NCBI GenBank assembly: GCA_004431415.1
Contig: QPMI01000268.1
Span: 1 to 64,000, forward strand
DNA length: 64,000 nt
Reading direction: 5' to 3'
Source: Cyanophora paradoxa CCMP329
Lineage: Eukaryota > Plantae > Glaucophyta
The notes under the pieces: generated by a model
Database searches by the model: none
Told to the model about the DNA's origin: nothing
Seen by the model: only the letters and a program-made list of their open reading frames with translations
Program-made: the position numbers and the translations under genes
In this document: piece by piece, positions 9,994 through 23,684 of the stretch
Layout of the letters: every line of letters starts with the position of its first letter
How positions within the stretch are numbered: the first letter of the stretch is position 1

Positions 9994-12900
9994 CTAGGGG
10001 GGCAACTCGCCCTCCTCAAGCTCCTCCTCCCGCGCCGCCGCCGCGTGCGTCGTCCGCCCACCGCCCGCCCCCGCACCCTCGACTGCGCCCTCGAGCTCGG
10101 GGCGGGGCGACGGCGTGCGGCGGCGGCCACCCTCGGGCTCCGACGATCCGTCGTCGCTGCCGGTCGGGATTGGGCGGAGCGGCAGCGGGGCGGGCGGGCG
10201 GGCGGGCGGCAGTCGCACGGGCGCCAGCGGTCGTGCGGGGGCGAGGAGAGGCCGCGCTCCGCCCGGCGCGCGGGGCCGCGAGAAGAGTAGGGCGAGACGC
10301 CGTGGCGGCGCCGCTTTGCGCGGGGCCTCAGCTCGAAGCTGACCGGAGGCCGCGAGCTGGGCAGCGGCTGGGGCGCCGGCTCCGCGGCCGCAGGCGCGGA
10401 GGATATGCCGGGGGGACCCGCAGCTGGGACCGCGGCTGCAGGGAGGGGAGAGGGAACCGAGGCGGGGCTCGGCAGGGCCGGCGGCCCGGTGCTGGAGGGG
10501 CCGGCGGGGGGCGCAGGGACGGCGGGGGGCGCATCAGGCTCCTGCGAGGGGCGCGTGAGAGTCGTCGGGGAGAGGGGAGGGGTGGGGCGCGCCTCGCAGC
10601 CCGGCGGGGTAGGCTCGCGGACAGCGCTCCCGCGCTCGTGCTCACGCGAGGTCCGCGTCGCGATCGGGAGGCTGCCGGCGGCGGGGCCGGGGGGCGGGGC
10701 GGAGGTGGAGGTGGGCGGCGGGGCTGCGGCCGCGAAGGGTGGTGGCGGGGCGGATGGCGGGGGAAGAGGCGGGCCACCGTCCGGAGGCTCGCAGCCCGGC
10801 GGGAACAGCTCTCCCTCCGGGCTTGGGAGGAAGCCCCGGCCCTGGCCGGCCTGCACCGGCGCCGAGGGGCCGGCCTCGCGCCCCTCCTTCTGAACCGCCG
10901 CCGCCGCGCGATGCTCTCCGCTCGGCCGAGGGCTCCGCTGGGCAGAGGGGGGCGCCGGCCTGCGCAGCGGCCCCGTCGGCGCTGGGCGGGGGCGGGAGGG
11001 CACGGGACGCCGGAGCGCGCACGTGCACTCGACGCGGGCTTGGCCGTGGGCGAGAGGGGCCTCCCGAGGCGCCGCCGCGCGATGCTCTGCACCGGGCAGA
11101 GGGCCCGCGCCAAACGCCGGCGTGCGCAGCGGTTCCGCCGGCGCCGACCAGGCTCGAGGGAAGAGGGACCTTCGGAGGGGCTCGGAGCGGGAGGAGGGTG
11201 GCGGCGGCGGCTTCGGGCCGGCCGCGGGCGGCGGCGGAGCGACAGTCGATGACACGGCGGCGAAGGTGGGCCCAGGGGCGGGAGCGGGGCGCGGGGGCGT
11301 CAGGGCGATCTGCCGCGCGCGGTGAGCAGAGCGAAGGGAGGGAGCGGAGGGTGGCCTGGCGCGCGGGCCGGGGCGCGCACCTGCAGGACAGCAACGTTGA
11401 GGAGACGGTAGGCGGCAAGGCTCGCCGGCGACATCGGAGGCGGCGGCGCCGCCGCCGCCGGCTCGGCGCGCGGCACAGGCGAGAAGGCCCCGCGGGCCTC
11501 GGCGCACGGCGCGGGGCGCGGGCTGCCGGCGGGGCGCGGCGAGGGCGGCGGGGCGCTCGGGCTCGTCCGCAGGGGCGACGGGCGGAGGAGAGGCGCCTCG
11601 GGGGCGGGGCGGGCGGTGAGGGGCGGGCAGCGGGAGAGGGGGGCGGGAGGGGGAGGGGGGCGGCCGCGGGGGAGGGCGGCCCAGGCACGCGGAGCGAGGG
11701 CGGCGGGGGAGAGAAGGGCGAAACCGCGAGAGGGAACGGAGGCTGCGGCCGAGGGGTCTCGGGTGCGTCCAAGGGCGAAGGTGTGCTTGCTCGGAGCGCT
11801 GCCGGCGGGGGAGGAAGGGCGGGAGAGGGCGGCTGATGGCGCCGAGTCGCGGCCGCCAGGGACGGGCCCGGCACAGCAGCCTCGCAGATCGGAGCCGGCG
11901 AGGCGGGCGCTGGCCGCGGCGCCTCCGGTGCGGGCGCCCGGAAAGGGGCGGGAGGCGTCAGCGCCGCCGGCGCCGAGGAGCTGGCCTGCGATGGGCGATC
12001 AGCAGTGCGCGGCGCCGCGCCGCGTCACACGGAAGGGCTAACGCGCGCGCGCGCGCACCGCAGTCGGAAGGGGAGGCGCGGGCCCTTCGGATATCGATTC
12101 CGCGACAGCTGGAGGAGCTGCGGCCGCGGGCGTACGCGTCGCGCCGACGGCAGGAGCGGGCGCTAGCAGCTCTGGGGCAGGCGGCGGCGCGAAAGAGGAT
12201 GCAGCAGCGGCATCTAGCGCAGAGGGAGGCAGCCTTGCGGGCGATTCGACTTCGCGATCCGCGGGCGGATCCTGCCTCGATTCCGCGGCGAAGTCGGGAC
12301 GCAGGCTCAAGCGGCGCGCGAGCCTCCTCTCCTCCTTCGCCTTCTTCTTCTTCTCACGCTCAATCTCCTCCAGATTCTTCTTTTCGAGCTCCATCGCGCG
12401 TTCCTTTCTCGAGAGCTGCGCATGCACGAACAAAGTAAGAGAGCGCCAGCCACAGCTAGCGCTGCCCAACGTCACGCGGCCCGAAGATGCACCGACTCGT
12501 CGATGAGCGGCTGCAGCGCGGTTCGCATCGCGTCCAGGCCGCGCTGCGTGCGCATGCCCTCCGCGCTCGCCTGGGCCCGACTCGACACGCCCGCATTCGA
12601 GCCGCACGCTTCGAGCCCGCCCTGCACACGTTAAGAAACAGGGATCTGATTAGCCTGCACGGCGCACGTCGCAGCGTGCGCACTGCGGTGCTCGATGGGC
12701 GATCGTCTTCATGATCAGGCCGAGGCTTCTGGCGAGCTGCCTTGGAGCTCGCGCCAGGCATTCGACCTGCGCGGAGATCGCCAGGCGCGCGTATGCGCTG
12801 CAAGTGAAGCAAGCAAGCCGGCTCCGGGGTACGACTGCATGCAATGGCGGCTTGGAGCCGCGTCTCGTACCTAGAGATCGAGAGCTAGCTAGCTGGCCAT

Positions 12901-14381
12901 GGCCTCCGGCCCACGTACGCCCATGGCCAGATCTAGAGTCCCCAGATCTAGTCGACTCGCGGTGCCGCAGTGCCGTTCTGACGGTACCGGTTCCGGCACA
13001 TCGCGCGCTGCGCGCGCGCGCGCGGGCCGGGCCGAATCCACCGCACCATGCATATGGCCAGCTGCAGCACGGTTCCTCGGGGGCTCCGAGCTCGAGGCTC
13101 GCGCAATATTATAGTAATCCGAATTCGAATTCGAGCTGATCATGATCAGGTTCGCTAGGCTAGATCTAAATCTAGAAAGCGGCGAGGTCGGCGGCGCCGG
13201 CGGCGAGCTCGGCGTCGGCGGCCGCGATCCCCGCCGCGAAGTCCTCCTCCTGCGCGGAGGCCGGGGGCGATCGCAAGCTCGAGCGCGTGAGCCGCTCGGG
13301 GCCGGGGCCCGGGGCGGGGGCGGGGCGGGGCGGGGTGGGGTGGGGGTTAACAAGGGCCCGGGCGTGTACGGTAGGGGGATGGGGGCCGGGATGGGGGAAC
13401 GGAGCTCTAGCCGAGCGCGTGAGCCCATTTAGGGGGATGGGGATGGGGGATGGGGGAGCTCGAGGGGGCAGGAGGGATGCGGGGGACGTGGGGCGCCGGC
13501 GTGGGGCGGCCGCGGGCGGGCCCGGGGCGCACCGCGAGGAGCCCGTCCTCGAAGTCGGCCTCGGAGACGGCCTGTGCCTCGGCGTCGAGGGCCGCCGCCG
13601 GCACCGCGCACGCGATTGCGGCGTTCTCGGCCTTGACGCAGTCGAGCCAGACTTTGCGCTCCGGGGACATCAGCGCGAGCACGCTCGCCTTGTTGTTGCA
13701 ATTCTCGAAGGCCGCCACGCGCGAGGCACCGGCGTTGCGCTCGGCCGTAACACTGTGCGCCCGCACGGGTGTCATGGCGTCAGGCGGCATCGATCTTACT
13801 TAAAAAGCTTTTTAAGTTTTATGGCTACGTATATAAATTAATTATAAATTAAAGGCCCGGGCGCGGTAGCGTCCTCTCAAAAGTTTAATTGATCATGATC
13901 GCGTACGCGTGCGCACCAGCTGGAGTAGGCGGCGTCATAGGCCGCATCCAGGGGCCTCGGCCCGCAGACGCAGGACACGTACGTCCCCTTCGCCATCGCG
14001 CACAGTTGCTGCAATCGTTCAATCAATTTTCAAGCCCTTGAAGGCGAGATGATCATGATCATGAGCAAGGTGAGTTGAAAGGCAACTTGCCGCAAGTTGG
14101 CAAGCTTTAAATTTAAGGCAAGCGATCGATATCATGCATTTGCGAATGCAAGATCTAGAGGCCTAGGCCCGGCCCAGGCCAGCGGGACTCGGCGAGCGAC
14201 GCACGGAAGCCTTGATCGGGGCGTTGGCGGTGAGAGTGGCCGCCTGATCAGCGTACTCGGGCGGCATCAACGCGATCTTCGCCAGCTCCGCGTTCAGATA
14301 GTCCGCGTACGCGGGAACGGCACCACAGGAGGTCGACGTCATCTTAGGCTGCTGCTCAAACTCTTGAGGCACGGAGAGCAA
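9994..14381 (-). pseudogene. Degraded multi-exon gene (coiled-coil plus Pro-rich C-terminus); 5' half disrupted by stops and palindromic insertions
   Basis: Exon remnants include AYADYLNAELAKIALMPPEY, AAFENCNNKASVLALMSPERKVWLDCVK, LSRKERAMELEKKNLEEIEREKKKK and EEELEEGELPP*. Segments 12870-13180 and 13790-14160 are scrambled. Confidence 0.45.
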
Positions 14382-15074
14382 TATATAGCTCTAGAGCGGC
14401 GACGGCTTTGCGCGCGTACGCGTGGGATGCTTCGGGCAGGAGCTGGGTCCTGCAGCTGGGTTCGATGCTAGGAGAGCTCGATGAGATGAGCTCGAGATCG
14501 CCGATGAGAGGCTCCGAGCTAGCTGGCCGCTAGGCCCTACACGGTGCTACACCCGGGTAGGGGGGCTATAGAGCTAGGGGCCCGGGCGGGCCGGCCGCGG
14601 CCGCGGCCCGGGACCGGCCGCGGGCGGCGCGGGGGTAGCAGCCTACTAGTAGGGGCGCGGCTGAGAGCCTTGGCCCGGGCCCCGGCGCCGGCCGTCACGG
14701 ACTCGCGCGCGTCGTCTCGCGAGTCGTGGCGTTAAGCCGTTACTCGTATGCGGGGCTCTTTGTAGCCTCTTTCGCGGCCTCGTGATCAGGCTCCTTGCTC
14801 TAAACGTTTTTTTGAGACGTGCGAACCGTTGGCGTTTTTATTTCTTTTTCGATTCAAATCCGAATTTCGACTACGCGGTCTACACGGTACAGCCTGGCAG
14901 ACTAGTCGAGAGACCTGGCAGTGCTGGCCCACTGCTGGGCACTGCTGGCACACGTGCAGTGGCATCGTGTGCACCAGCCTACCGTAGTACACGGTGTGAC
15001 GGTGGCACTGCACCAGCATGCCACAGTGCGCAGACGATGCGCAATTACCGTAGTACACCGGCAGCTATATAGCC

Positions 15075-15500
15075 TATAGACACCAGCACTCATGATCCGA
15101 TGATCAGTGACTGCGGGGTTTGCCCAGACCCCCCTAGACAAGAGCACTAAGCTTAAGAAAAACAAGACGTCGAAGTCGACGAAGAGCAAAAATTGACGAG
15201 CCTCGGAGAACGGCCGATACCAAGACGAGACAAGTAAGCGGCAAGTGCAATTGCAAGCAGACAAGTACTTAAGTGGAGCGAAGAGACGAAGGGGGATGAT
15301 GCAAAGGAGGAGAGCTGGAAGAGCTCGAGGGCGCAAAAAGCGGATCAGATGGTCAAAAGCGGGCAAAGCTTCGGGGCAGTCGAGGCTGGAGAGGCAGAAA
15401 GCAAGCGGATCGCAAAAGCCGCTGAGCTGGTCGAGGTGGGCGTTCGAACTGCAAGGGTCCGGATTTCGATCCCGGGGCAAAATTAAACTTGAAATGACGT
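15075..15500 (-). mobile_element. Relic related to the 8437-9392 element
   Basis: Shares TAGACACC(..)AGCACT..CTGCGGGG..TGCCCAG followed by a purine-rich plus strand. Confidence 0.4.
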
Positions 15501-16081
15501 TTGCAGCAGATGATGAATTCGAACATGCATGTGATACGATCATGATGCATCACGTGACTCAGTGACCTGCCACGTGCACCAGGCCAGACACAGGTTAGAC
15601 GTGACTCAGAGACTCGGAGATCATGAGCCTGGACACCCCGGGAACGGCGGTTATCCGATATCGATCATATGCATGATCATGATTTTGAAATTTTATGGAT
15701 CGGACGTCGACATTGGTACTAATTGCAAGTTGATTACAATCACAAATTCAAGAGGATTCCGAAGTTCCGGCTCTCCTTACATTGATATCGGATTTCAAGT
15801 TTGGTCTAGGTAACCAGAGCGTAGCGCGGATCGACGTGCGGTCGAAGCACAAGAATCCGGCTGACGGTTCCATGTAACTAAAACAGCGAATGCAAATTAA
15901 CTGCTTGACATGGTGTCGGAACACTGTGTATATGCCCATCGAAGATAAAGTAAGAAGCTGTTGAAAGGGGCCCCGGACCATCGCGATCCGTCGGATCGAC
16001 ATCGGGGCTGGCTGTACATGTCTTATTCGCGGGCCCCGCCCCCTCCACGGGGCGGGGGCCTCTGTACAATCGCGCGGCCGG

Positions 16082-19000
16082 TCACGCGAACTTGTCGACG
16101 AGGACGTCGGCGCCTGCAAACGAACGGAGGGGTGAGGCGCGGCCGGCCGGGCGGCGCTCGCGCGGCGGCGCGCATGCGCACCGTCCCAGGCCTCGGGGGG
16201 CGGGGCCGCCTCGAGGGCGCGGCAGCGCGCCGCGAGCAGCGCCGCTGACCGGTCCGCCGGCGTCCTGCGAGGGTCGAGGATCAGGCCGGCGCCAAGGCGG
16301 GCGGGGGCGGGTCCGGGGCCGGGGCGGGGGCGGGCCTGGAGGCCGGGGCGTGGAGGGGGTCGAGGGCGTAGCGGGCGGCGACGGAGTCGAGGGCAGCCTC
16401 GAGCATCGGTCCGCACCGCTCGAAGGCCAAAGCCGCCTCCCCGAACCTGAGCTCGAGCACGGTGAGCGAGCTGTGGGGTGGCCGGGGCTCGGCGGGGGCG
16501 GCCGGGGCGCGCCTGCGGGCGAGGTAGAGGTCGAAGGCGGCCTCGTAGGCGAGGGCGGCCGCCGCCTGCTCGGGGGTCGCCTCCCCGCGCCCCGCCACCA
16601 GCTCGTGCACGAAGGTCGCCCCGCTCCGCCCCTTCAGCACCACCTGCAGATCTAGACCAGTGAGCGGGGCCGGGGACAAGGGGCGGGGCGGGGCAGGGCG
16701 GGGCGGGCCTTGTCGACGAGGCGGGTGAGGAAGCGGTCCCGGACCTCGGGCAGCGTCGCCACGTCCCCGCTCACCAGGATCGACGTCCCGTACCTGCCCG
16801 CCGGCCCCGCGCGTCTCAGGCGCGGCGGCGCGGGCGGAGCGGTCGGAAAGGGGGCGGGCCGCTTGTTGAGGGGCTCGAGACGGGCGGCGATGTTCACACG
16901 GTCGCCCAGCACGGTGTAGTTCAGTCTGCGGGGCGCGCGTCGCTACAGAAAAAGACGCCGGCCCGAGCAAGGGTGGGCGGGGGCGGACCGGGAGGAGGAG
17001 CCAAAGTTGCCGATGAGCACGCGGCCGGCTGCAGGGCGCCCCCGTCATGCGCGGCGCGCCGGCGGGCGGGCGGCGCTCGCTCGCTCGCGGGGCCGGGGCG
17101 GACCGTCGATGCCGATGCGGGCCTCGAGGGCGGGCAGGCCGCGGGCGCGCCAGCCGGGGCGGAGGTCGGCGAGGGCGCGCTGGCAGGCGAGCGCCGCCGC
17201 GCAGGCGTGCAGCTCGTGCTGCTCCAGCGGCTGCAGCGGCGTCGAGAAGAACGCCATCTGAGGCGGGCGCTCGGCTCGGCCCGGGGCGCGGCGGCAGATC
17301 CACGCAAACTAAAGGGGCGCACGACGGCGTCGCCGATGTACTTGTCGACGGTGCCGCGGGCGGCGGTGATCCGCCGCGAGAGCGCCTCCATCGCCTGCGC
17401 GGGGGGGCGCCTCAGCGCGGAGGTGGCGGGGGGCGGGGGCGGGGGCAGGGGCGGGGGCGGGGGCGGGCGCGCCTCGCCGACGACCTCGACGAGGCGCTCG
17501 GGCTCCATCGTCTCAGTCAGCGCCGTGAAGTCCTGCCAGGGGGGCAGGAGAAGGGGGGGTACGCGTGAGCCGCCGGGGGGAGGGGGGGTCGGGCGGGGTC
17601 ACCTGGATGTCGGCGAAGAGGATGGCGCAGGAGTGGTGCGTCAGGCCTGCGCCCGCCCCGTCGGAGGGGTGCGGGAGGGGGGAAGGGGGAAGGGGCTGGG
17701 GGTACCGGGCTTGGCGAGCATGCGGGAGCGGATGAGCATGCGGACGTAGTCGCCGGGCACGTACTTCTCCTGCGCGCCCGCCCCGGCGTCGGGGGAGGAG
17801 TCTGGGGATCTCTGAGCCGCGGGGCGGGCGGGACGCACGAAGCTGCGGACGCCGGCGGCCATCGCGCGGAACGCGTCGTCGATCTCCCCTGCGCCCCGGC
17901 GGGTGACCGGGCGCCCGGGAGGCGCGGGGCGCGGGGCGCGGGGCGCACGGAACTCGCTGATGACGGGCCGCACGCTCCGCCGGCGCTGCCGCAGCCGCAG
18001 CGGACCGAGCTGCTCGGGGCGGTGAGAGGCGCGGGGCGGGGGGGGGAGAGAGGGCGCGGGGCCGGGGCGGGCGGGCCTCGGCGGGGTCGCCGACGACGGC
18101 GGAGCCGTCCGAGTGGCGGCGGAGGTTCATGCGCCGCTCCACCGGTCCCGCCGGCACCGGCGACGGCGACGGCTCAGGCGGCGGCAGCGGAGGCGCCTCG
18201 ACGTCCCCGCCCGCTCCGGCCCGCTCCGCCGCCGCCTCCGCAGCCGCCGGCGCCGCCGCGGGGCCGGCGCGGGAGCCCCGGCGGGGGCGCCGCCCGCCGC
18301 CCGCTGCTCCTCCTCCTCCTCCTCGTCCTCCTCCTCCTCGTCGAGGCGGCGGTGGTCGTCAGGGGAGAGGTCGGCGGATGCGGCGCCGCGCATGTGCTTG
18401 AGGTCCTCCATGCGGCGGGAGAGGGAGCGGAGGGGCAGCACGATGAGGGAGCTCGTCGCCACCGCCACCAGCATCGCAAAGGCGCACACCGAGCCCGTGA
18501 TGATCCCTGCCAGGGGGCGTCACGCGGGGCTCGGCGCGGCGGGTGGGACGGGGTGGGGCGGCGGGCGCGCCGACGGTCTGCTTGTTGTGGTTGACAGAGT
18601 CCTCGATGGCCGACTGCGCGCGGGACGGGGGGGCGTGAGCGGCCGTGAGGCCCCGCGCGCGGCCGGGGGCGGGGCGGGGCGGGCGGGCGGGCCTCGTCGA
18701 TGAGGAAGAAGTAGAGCCAGTCGATGCCTTCGCGCTGCACGCGGAAGATCTGCGGGGCTGCCGCGTGAGGCGACGGGCACGCGCGCGGGAGGACGGCCGC
18801 TGGGGGCGGGCAGAGGCGGTGGGGCGGGCCTCGGCAAGGAAGAAGACGCCGGCGACTTTGATCCGCCGCGACGTCGCCTCCTCGATCCGCCACAGCGACC
18901 TGCCCCGCCCGCCCCGCCCCGCCCGCTCGGATCGAATCGGAGGAGGGAGGGGAGGGGCAGGGGTGGGGGGGGTGGGGGGCAACAAGGGAGGAAGGGCACC

Positions 19001-19242
19001 CGAGGGCGGCCTCGAGCTCGTTCGCGATGTCGCGCATCGCAGCGCTGTCGCTCGTCCCGGGGCTCAGCCGCTCGTCCGTCACCTGGAGCGGCGACGTCAG
19101 AGGGGCGGGGCGGGGCGGAGGGGGCGGCGGGGCGGGCGGGCGCGCCAGGAGGCTGTTCGTCGGGTTGGGGACGTGCCGCGTGGCCCTCCCGAGCCTGCGC
19201 GCCGCCCCTCCCATCGGGCCGGGCCCAGAGCAGCGCGCGAGG

Positions 19243-19274
<32 letters not shown>

Positions 19275-21617
19275 GCGCACGTCGTGAAGAGGAAGTACTG
19301 CTCGGGGCGGCGCTCGATGGCGAAGGCGGAGGCGGCCGTCTGCCCGTAGCTCCGCAGCACCGCCTGCGCCACGGCCCGGCCCCGCGCGGGTCAGACCGGC
19401 CGGCCCGCCCCGCCGCGAGCGATGTTTGACATGGCGTCCGAAGGGCGCACGCGGGCGGCGTCGCCGAAGTGGTCGACGCTGACGCCGACGCCGGCGACGC
19501 CGAGGAGGGGCCCGGGGGCGCCCGCCGCGGCGCCGCGGCCCCGCAGCGGCTCGCTCCGGAAGACCGTCAGCGACCCGTCCGACGCGAACCTGCGTCCCCG
19601 CGCCGAGTCGGCGTCGGCCCGGCTCCCGCGGCCGCCCGTCTGCTTCGCGGCGGGGCGGGCGGGCGGGGGCACCCTGCGGGGGACCAGTGCGCGGCCTTCG
19701 CCTCCGCTGCCGTCCGGTAGAAGCTGCGCGGGCGGCCCGGCTCGGCCCGGCGGGGCGGGGCGCGGGAAGGGCTCGCGGGCGGTCGGGCGCTTCGCACATG
19801 CGCTTCCGCACGTCCTGCGGGGGAGTGTGAGGGCGGCAGCAAGGGGGGAGAGAGGGCGGGGGCGCGGCGGGGGCGCACGTAGTCGGGCACGCGGAGGATG
19901 GGGCTCCCCTCGGGGTCTCCCGAGGGGCCCGCGTTGAACACCACAAACTGCCCGCCCCGTCGGGCCGGGCGGGGGCGGGGCGGAGGGGTACGGGCGCACG
20001 GTCGGGAGGGGCCGGCCGGCGAAGGACTCGGCGGGCAGGTTCGGGTCCGCGGAGGTCGCGTTCAGCGTCACCTGAGAAGGGCGCAGGCGCCGTCGGCCGC
20101 GGCCGCGCGCCAGCGGCGCAGCGCGGCGCGGCGCACGTAGTACTGGTAGCCACGCGTACCCCCCCAGGCGGGGTTGGCCGTCTCCGGGGGGTCCGGCCGG
20201 TACGCGACGGCGTACCCGTTCTCGAACCTGCCGCGCCGTCGCGTCGGCCCGGGCACGGCTGCGCGGGCGCAGGGGCCGGGCTCCACGCACCCGAGGGTGA
20301 CGGAGTAGGAGTAGGGCCGGTTCTGCATCAGGCTCCACATCGCCGACCTGCGTCGCGGTACCCCCTCAGGCAGGGCCGGCGCCGGCGCGCCGAGGCACCG
20401 GCACCTTAGGCCGCCGTGGTCAAAGGGCGTGAGCCGCCCGTACAGAAACTCTTGCGCAATGCTGCGCCGGCGCCCTCGCCTCAGCCCGCAGGCCCGGCCC
20501 GGCCGGCTCGGAGGAGGAGGGGGGTGCGCACGCGCGGGCGGCGATGGTGGGCCCCTCCACGAAGTCGTCCGAGCGCGAGGAGAGCTGCGCGAGCAGGTCC
20601 TGCGGGGGGGTACGACGTCGGCGGGGCCCGGGGAGGGGCGGGAGGGGGTTGCGGGGACCCGCTCGAGGGCTGTGGAGAGGCGCTCGATGTTCTGCTGCGA
20701 GGAGCGGTACCCCAGGTACCTGCGGGGCGCGGTGGGCCCGGGCGCAGGCCGCCCCGCTCGGCTCGCGCACCATATGATGACATTCGAGGCAACGAGCTGC
20801 GGGCCGCAGACCGGGACTCAGCGGGGGCGGGAGCCGGGCGCTCGGCGGGCGGGCGGGCGGGCGGGCGGGGCGCGGACGGTGAGGAGGGTGGGGACGACGA
20901 GGAGGACCCGCACGGAGAGGGCCTGCGGAGAACAAGAGCCGTCGGCCGGGCGGGGCGGCGGGCGGGGCGGGCTGCGCGGGGCGAGGGGCGGCGCACGCGG
21001 CGGGCGAAGGGGCCCAGGACGCGCTTGACCGCACCGCCGGGGGAGGCCGGCCTGGCGGACGCCGAGCCGGAGGCGGAGACGGAGGAGGCGGAGGCCGGGC
21101 GCGGCGCGGGGACGGGCAGCGGCGGGGCGCCCAGGGGCGTCGAGGTGCGGAGGTTGAACGGCGGGGGCGGGGCGGAGGGCGGGTCGCGGCCCGGCATCGC
21201 CGCGGCCTTGAAAGGAGCCGCCGCCGCGGGGAGCGGCGGGAGGGGAGCGCGTGGGGCTAGCGCGTCGGGCGAGGCGCAGCGGAGCGAGACGCTGGCGTCA
21301 GGCGCGAGGGGCACCCACGGCGGCTCCGGATCGCGCCCTCCGAGCCCGTTCGCTCGGATGCTTTTCGGTAAAGGCTCTTCGGGCTCGGCTATCTTCGCGG
21401 GGAGCGGGGGGAGCAGGCGCCGGCACCCGGCCCGCGCCGCCAAGGACACGCTGCGGGGTGCTGGGGACTCCCGCGGCTGCTCCAGGCCGCTCTGCGCCGC
21501 GCTCAGGCCGCCTGCTGATTCAGACCGCTCCGAGCACTCGCTCAGGCGCGTGAGCGCCGGGGACGAGGAGCTGCTGGCATCCGCGGCCGTGTCCGCACCG
21601 CGTTCGCTCTCTGCCAT
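16082..21617 (-). CDS. Membrane receptor-type class III adenylyl cyclase (TM-dCache-TM-HAMP-cyclase-TPR-like tail)
   Basis: Spliced motifs: [76 protein letters not shown], and C-terminus ARCRALEAAPPPEAWDGADVLVDKFA*. Cache-like motif YDVRKRxFY..A...HWSP. TM2 is GIITGSVCAFAMLVAVATSSLIVLPLRSL. Confidence 0.92.
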
Positions 21618-22516
21618 GGCAGGCGCGCGCGCCGCCTTCGCTTGGCGCGTGCTGGCTTCAGGATAGGCTTCGTTGACGCTGTGTCAGACTCTCTCTGCTA
21701 GGGACATGGCTGTCCAGCGCTAGCTAGCCGCAGCTTCCGAGTCGCCGCGGCGCTGCTCGTGCAGGGATGCGCGGCGGACACCTGGAATCTCCCGGACCTC
21801 CTAGCGATGCGTTATCAACGCCAAGCGCGCCGGCGAACGGACCGTCGGACGCATCCCCGTCCCGGATAAGCCTCCATAGCCTCGAGCTCTGTCAGCCTGG
21901 CTGGGTCACGCAATACGTGTTGCTGTGAAGGGGTGTACATGTTACGCTAAGGCTGAAGTTGCCCAAGCGAACGCAGGCAAAGTCCGGGTCGACTCCCGAC
22001 AAGTAATGCTTCCTGCGTTCGCTCCGTGATCCAACATGCATGCATGCGCATATGCATGCATGCGCACCCTCGAGCTAGGCGCAGCCTAGAGAGCCTCGGA
22101 GTCTTGCAATTGCATCATGGCATTTGACTCTGAGGCAGGCCACATGTACTAGTGTACACCGTACCTGCGCATGCGCATGCCGGCGCCAGGCTGGCCCCGG
22201 CCGGCGCCCGCGCGCGCTTAAGCGCTAGCTTGCATGCGGTGCTCGGCCTTGACTCGGCGCAACGCTTGCATACGTACGCGTCCTCGGCCGCTCGGCGGGC
22301 CACGAGTCGCCGATATGTCGACGTCAGCCGGATCCGCGCCGGTCGCGCGGCCCTCGAATTCGAAATCGCCTGAATGAACAGTAATACTATAGCTAGATCG
22401 CAAGTTTGCAACAGCAGATATGTTGCTACAGTGATGAAGGCCTGGCCCAGTGGGCCGGGACCTATCGGAGCGGGTCTAGATCTAGATCTAGGCCTGGGGA
22501 CGGGTGCGGGCGGGGG

Positions 22517-23684
22517 CTATATCTTCTTGCCCTTGTCCTTGGAGGAGTAGAGGCGGATCATGTGCGGGGCCTCCACGAAGCGCGCCGAGGCCCAGAAGAC
22601 CACGCCCATCCACGCCGCCAGCGCGTACCCCGCCTGCAGGCCGCGTCGAAGGCGAAGGCGGCGCGCGGGCGGGGGTGCCGGCAGGGAGCAGGAGAGGGGG
22701 GTACGCACGGCGGACTCGAGGTGGAGGGCCCAGCCGAAGGCGGCGAGGGTCGTGCCCACGTACTGCGGGTCTGACAGGTACGCAAAGGGGCCTGCGGGGT
22801 ACGCGGTTCGCGGAGCCGGGGGCTGGGGCTATACGTAGCCGGGCCTGGGGCCCAGAGGCGGCGGACGCACCGCCGGTCACGGGGGCGTCCATCAGGTGCC
22901 CGAACGAGTCGCCGTTGTACATGCCTGCGTCCGCGGGCGCCGGTCAGGGGCGGCGGGCCCGGGGCCGCGGCGCGTCCCGTGGGCGGGGTGCGCGCCCTTG
23001 ATGCCGAGGGCCTGGAGGGTCCACCTGGCGCGCGCGCGGGGGTCAAATCAGGCGCTGTCCGGTCGCTTGCTCAGCCTGGCAGGCACGATCGGGGCGCACA
23101 GGTTCAGAGCAATGCCGGCGCCGAAGAGGGCGAGGCCGACGGGGGAGGAGAGGCCGCCCGGCAGCAGCGGCAGCGAGCTCTTCGTGCCTTCCACCGCTGC
23201 CGGCCCGCCGCTCGGACCGGCGGCGGCGCGCGGCGATCGAGCCCCGGGGCGCCGGCGCACCGACGTTGATGAAGTGGTCGCGGACGAGCGCCGAGGCGAC
23301 GAGGTAGACGGCGTAGTAGTAGACCGCGTTGCGCCCCAGCAGCTTCGTGAAGCACCGCGTGTGGTGCTCGATGTGCGCCGTCGCCTGCGCGCCCGGCCCG
23401 CGGCGCGCGTGAGCACAGCAGGCGCGCCGCCGAAGCTTAAGGCCGCCCCGGCCGCCCCGAGCTCCGCCAGGCGCGCGCCGCACGCGCCCCCCGAAACTAT
23501 ACTCTGTTGAGCCGGCTAGAGCTCTCGCGCCCTCGCCGCGCGCGAGCTATGCTCGCGGTTCGGAGTTTGGCGGAACCGCGCTGGCCACGCCCGGCGGATG
23601 CTTCGGGCGCCTCTCAATGCCACGCACGTTGTAGTTGACCACATGCAACAGGATCGCCAGGGCGGCGACCAGGACGCCCTCCAT
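22517..23684 (-). CDS. PEMT: Phospholipid (phosphatidyl-N-methylethanolamine) N-methyltransferase, PEMT/OPI3 family
   Basis: Spliced: MEGVLVAALAILLHVVNYNATAHIEHHTRCFTKLLG..ALGIKGMYNGDSFGHLMDAPVTGGPFAYLSDPQYVGTTLAAFGWAL..FVEAPHMIRLYSSKDKGKKI*. Confidence 0.93.

Noticed and set aside
12870-13180. Synthetic polylinker or vector contamination (dense restriction-like sites)
   Set aside because: The same palindromic texture occurs throughout the TE islands and grades into host pseudogene sequence, and no vector features are present.
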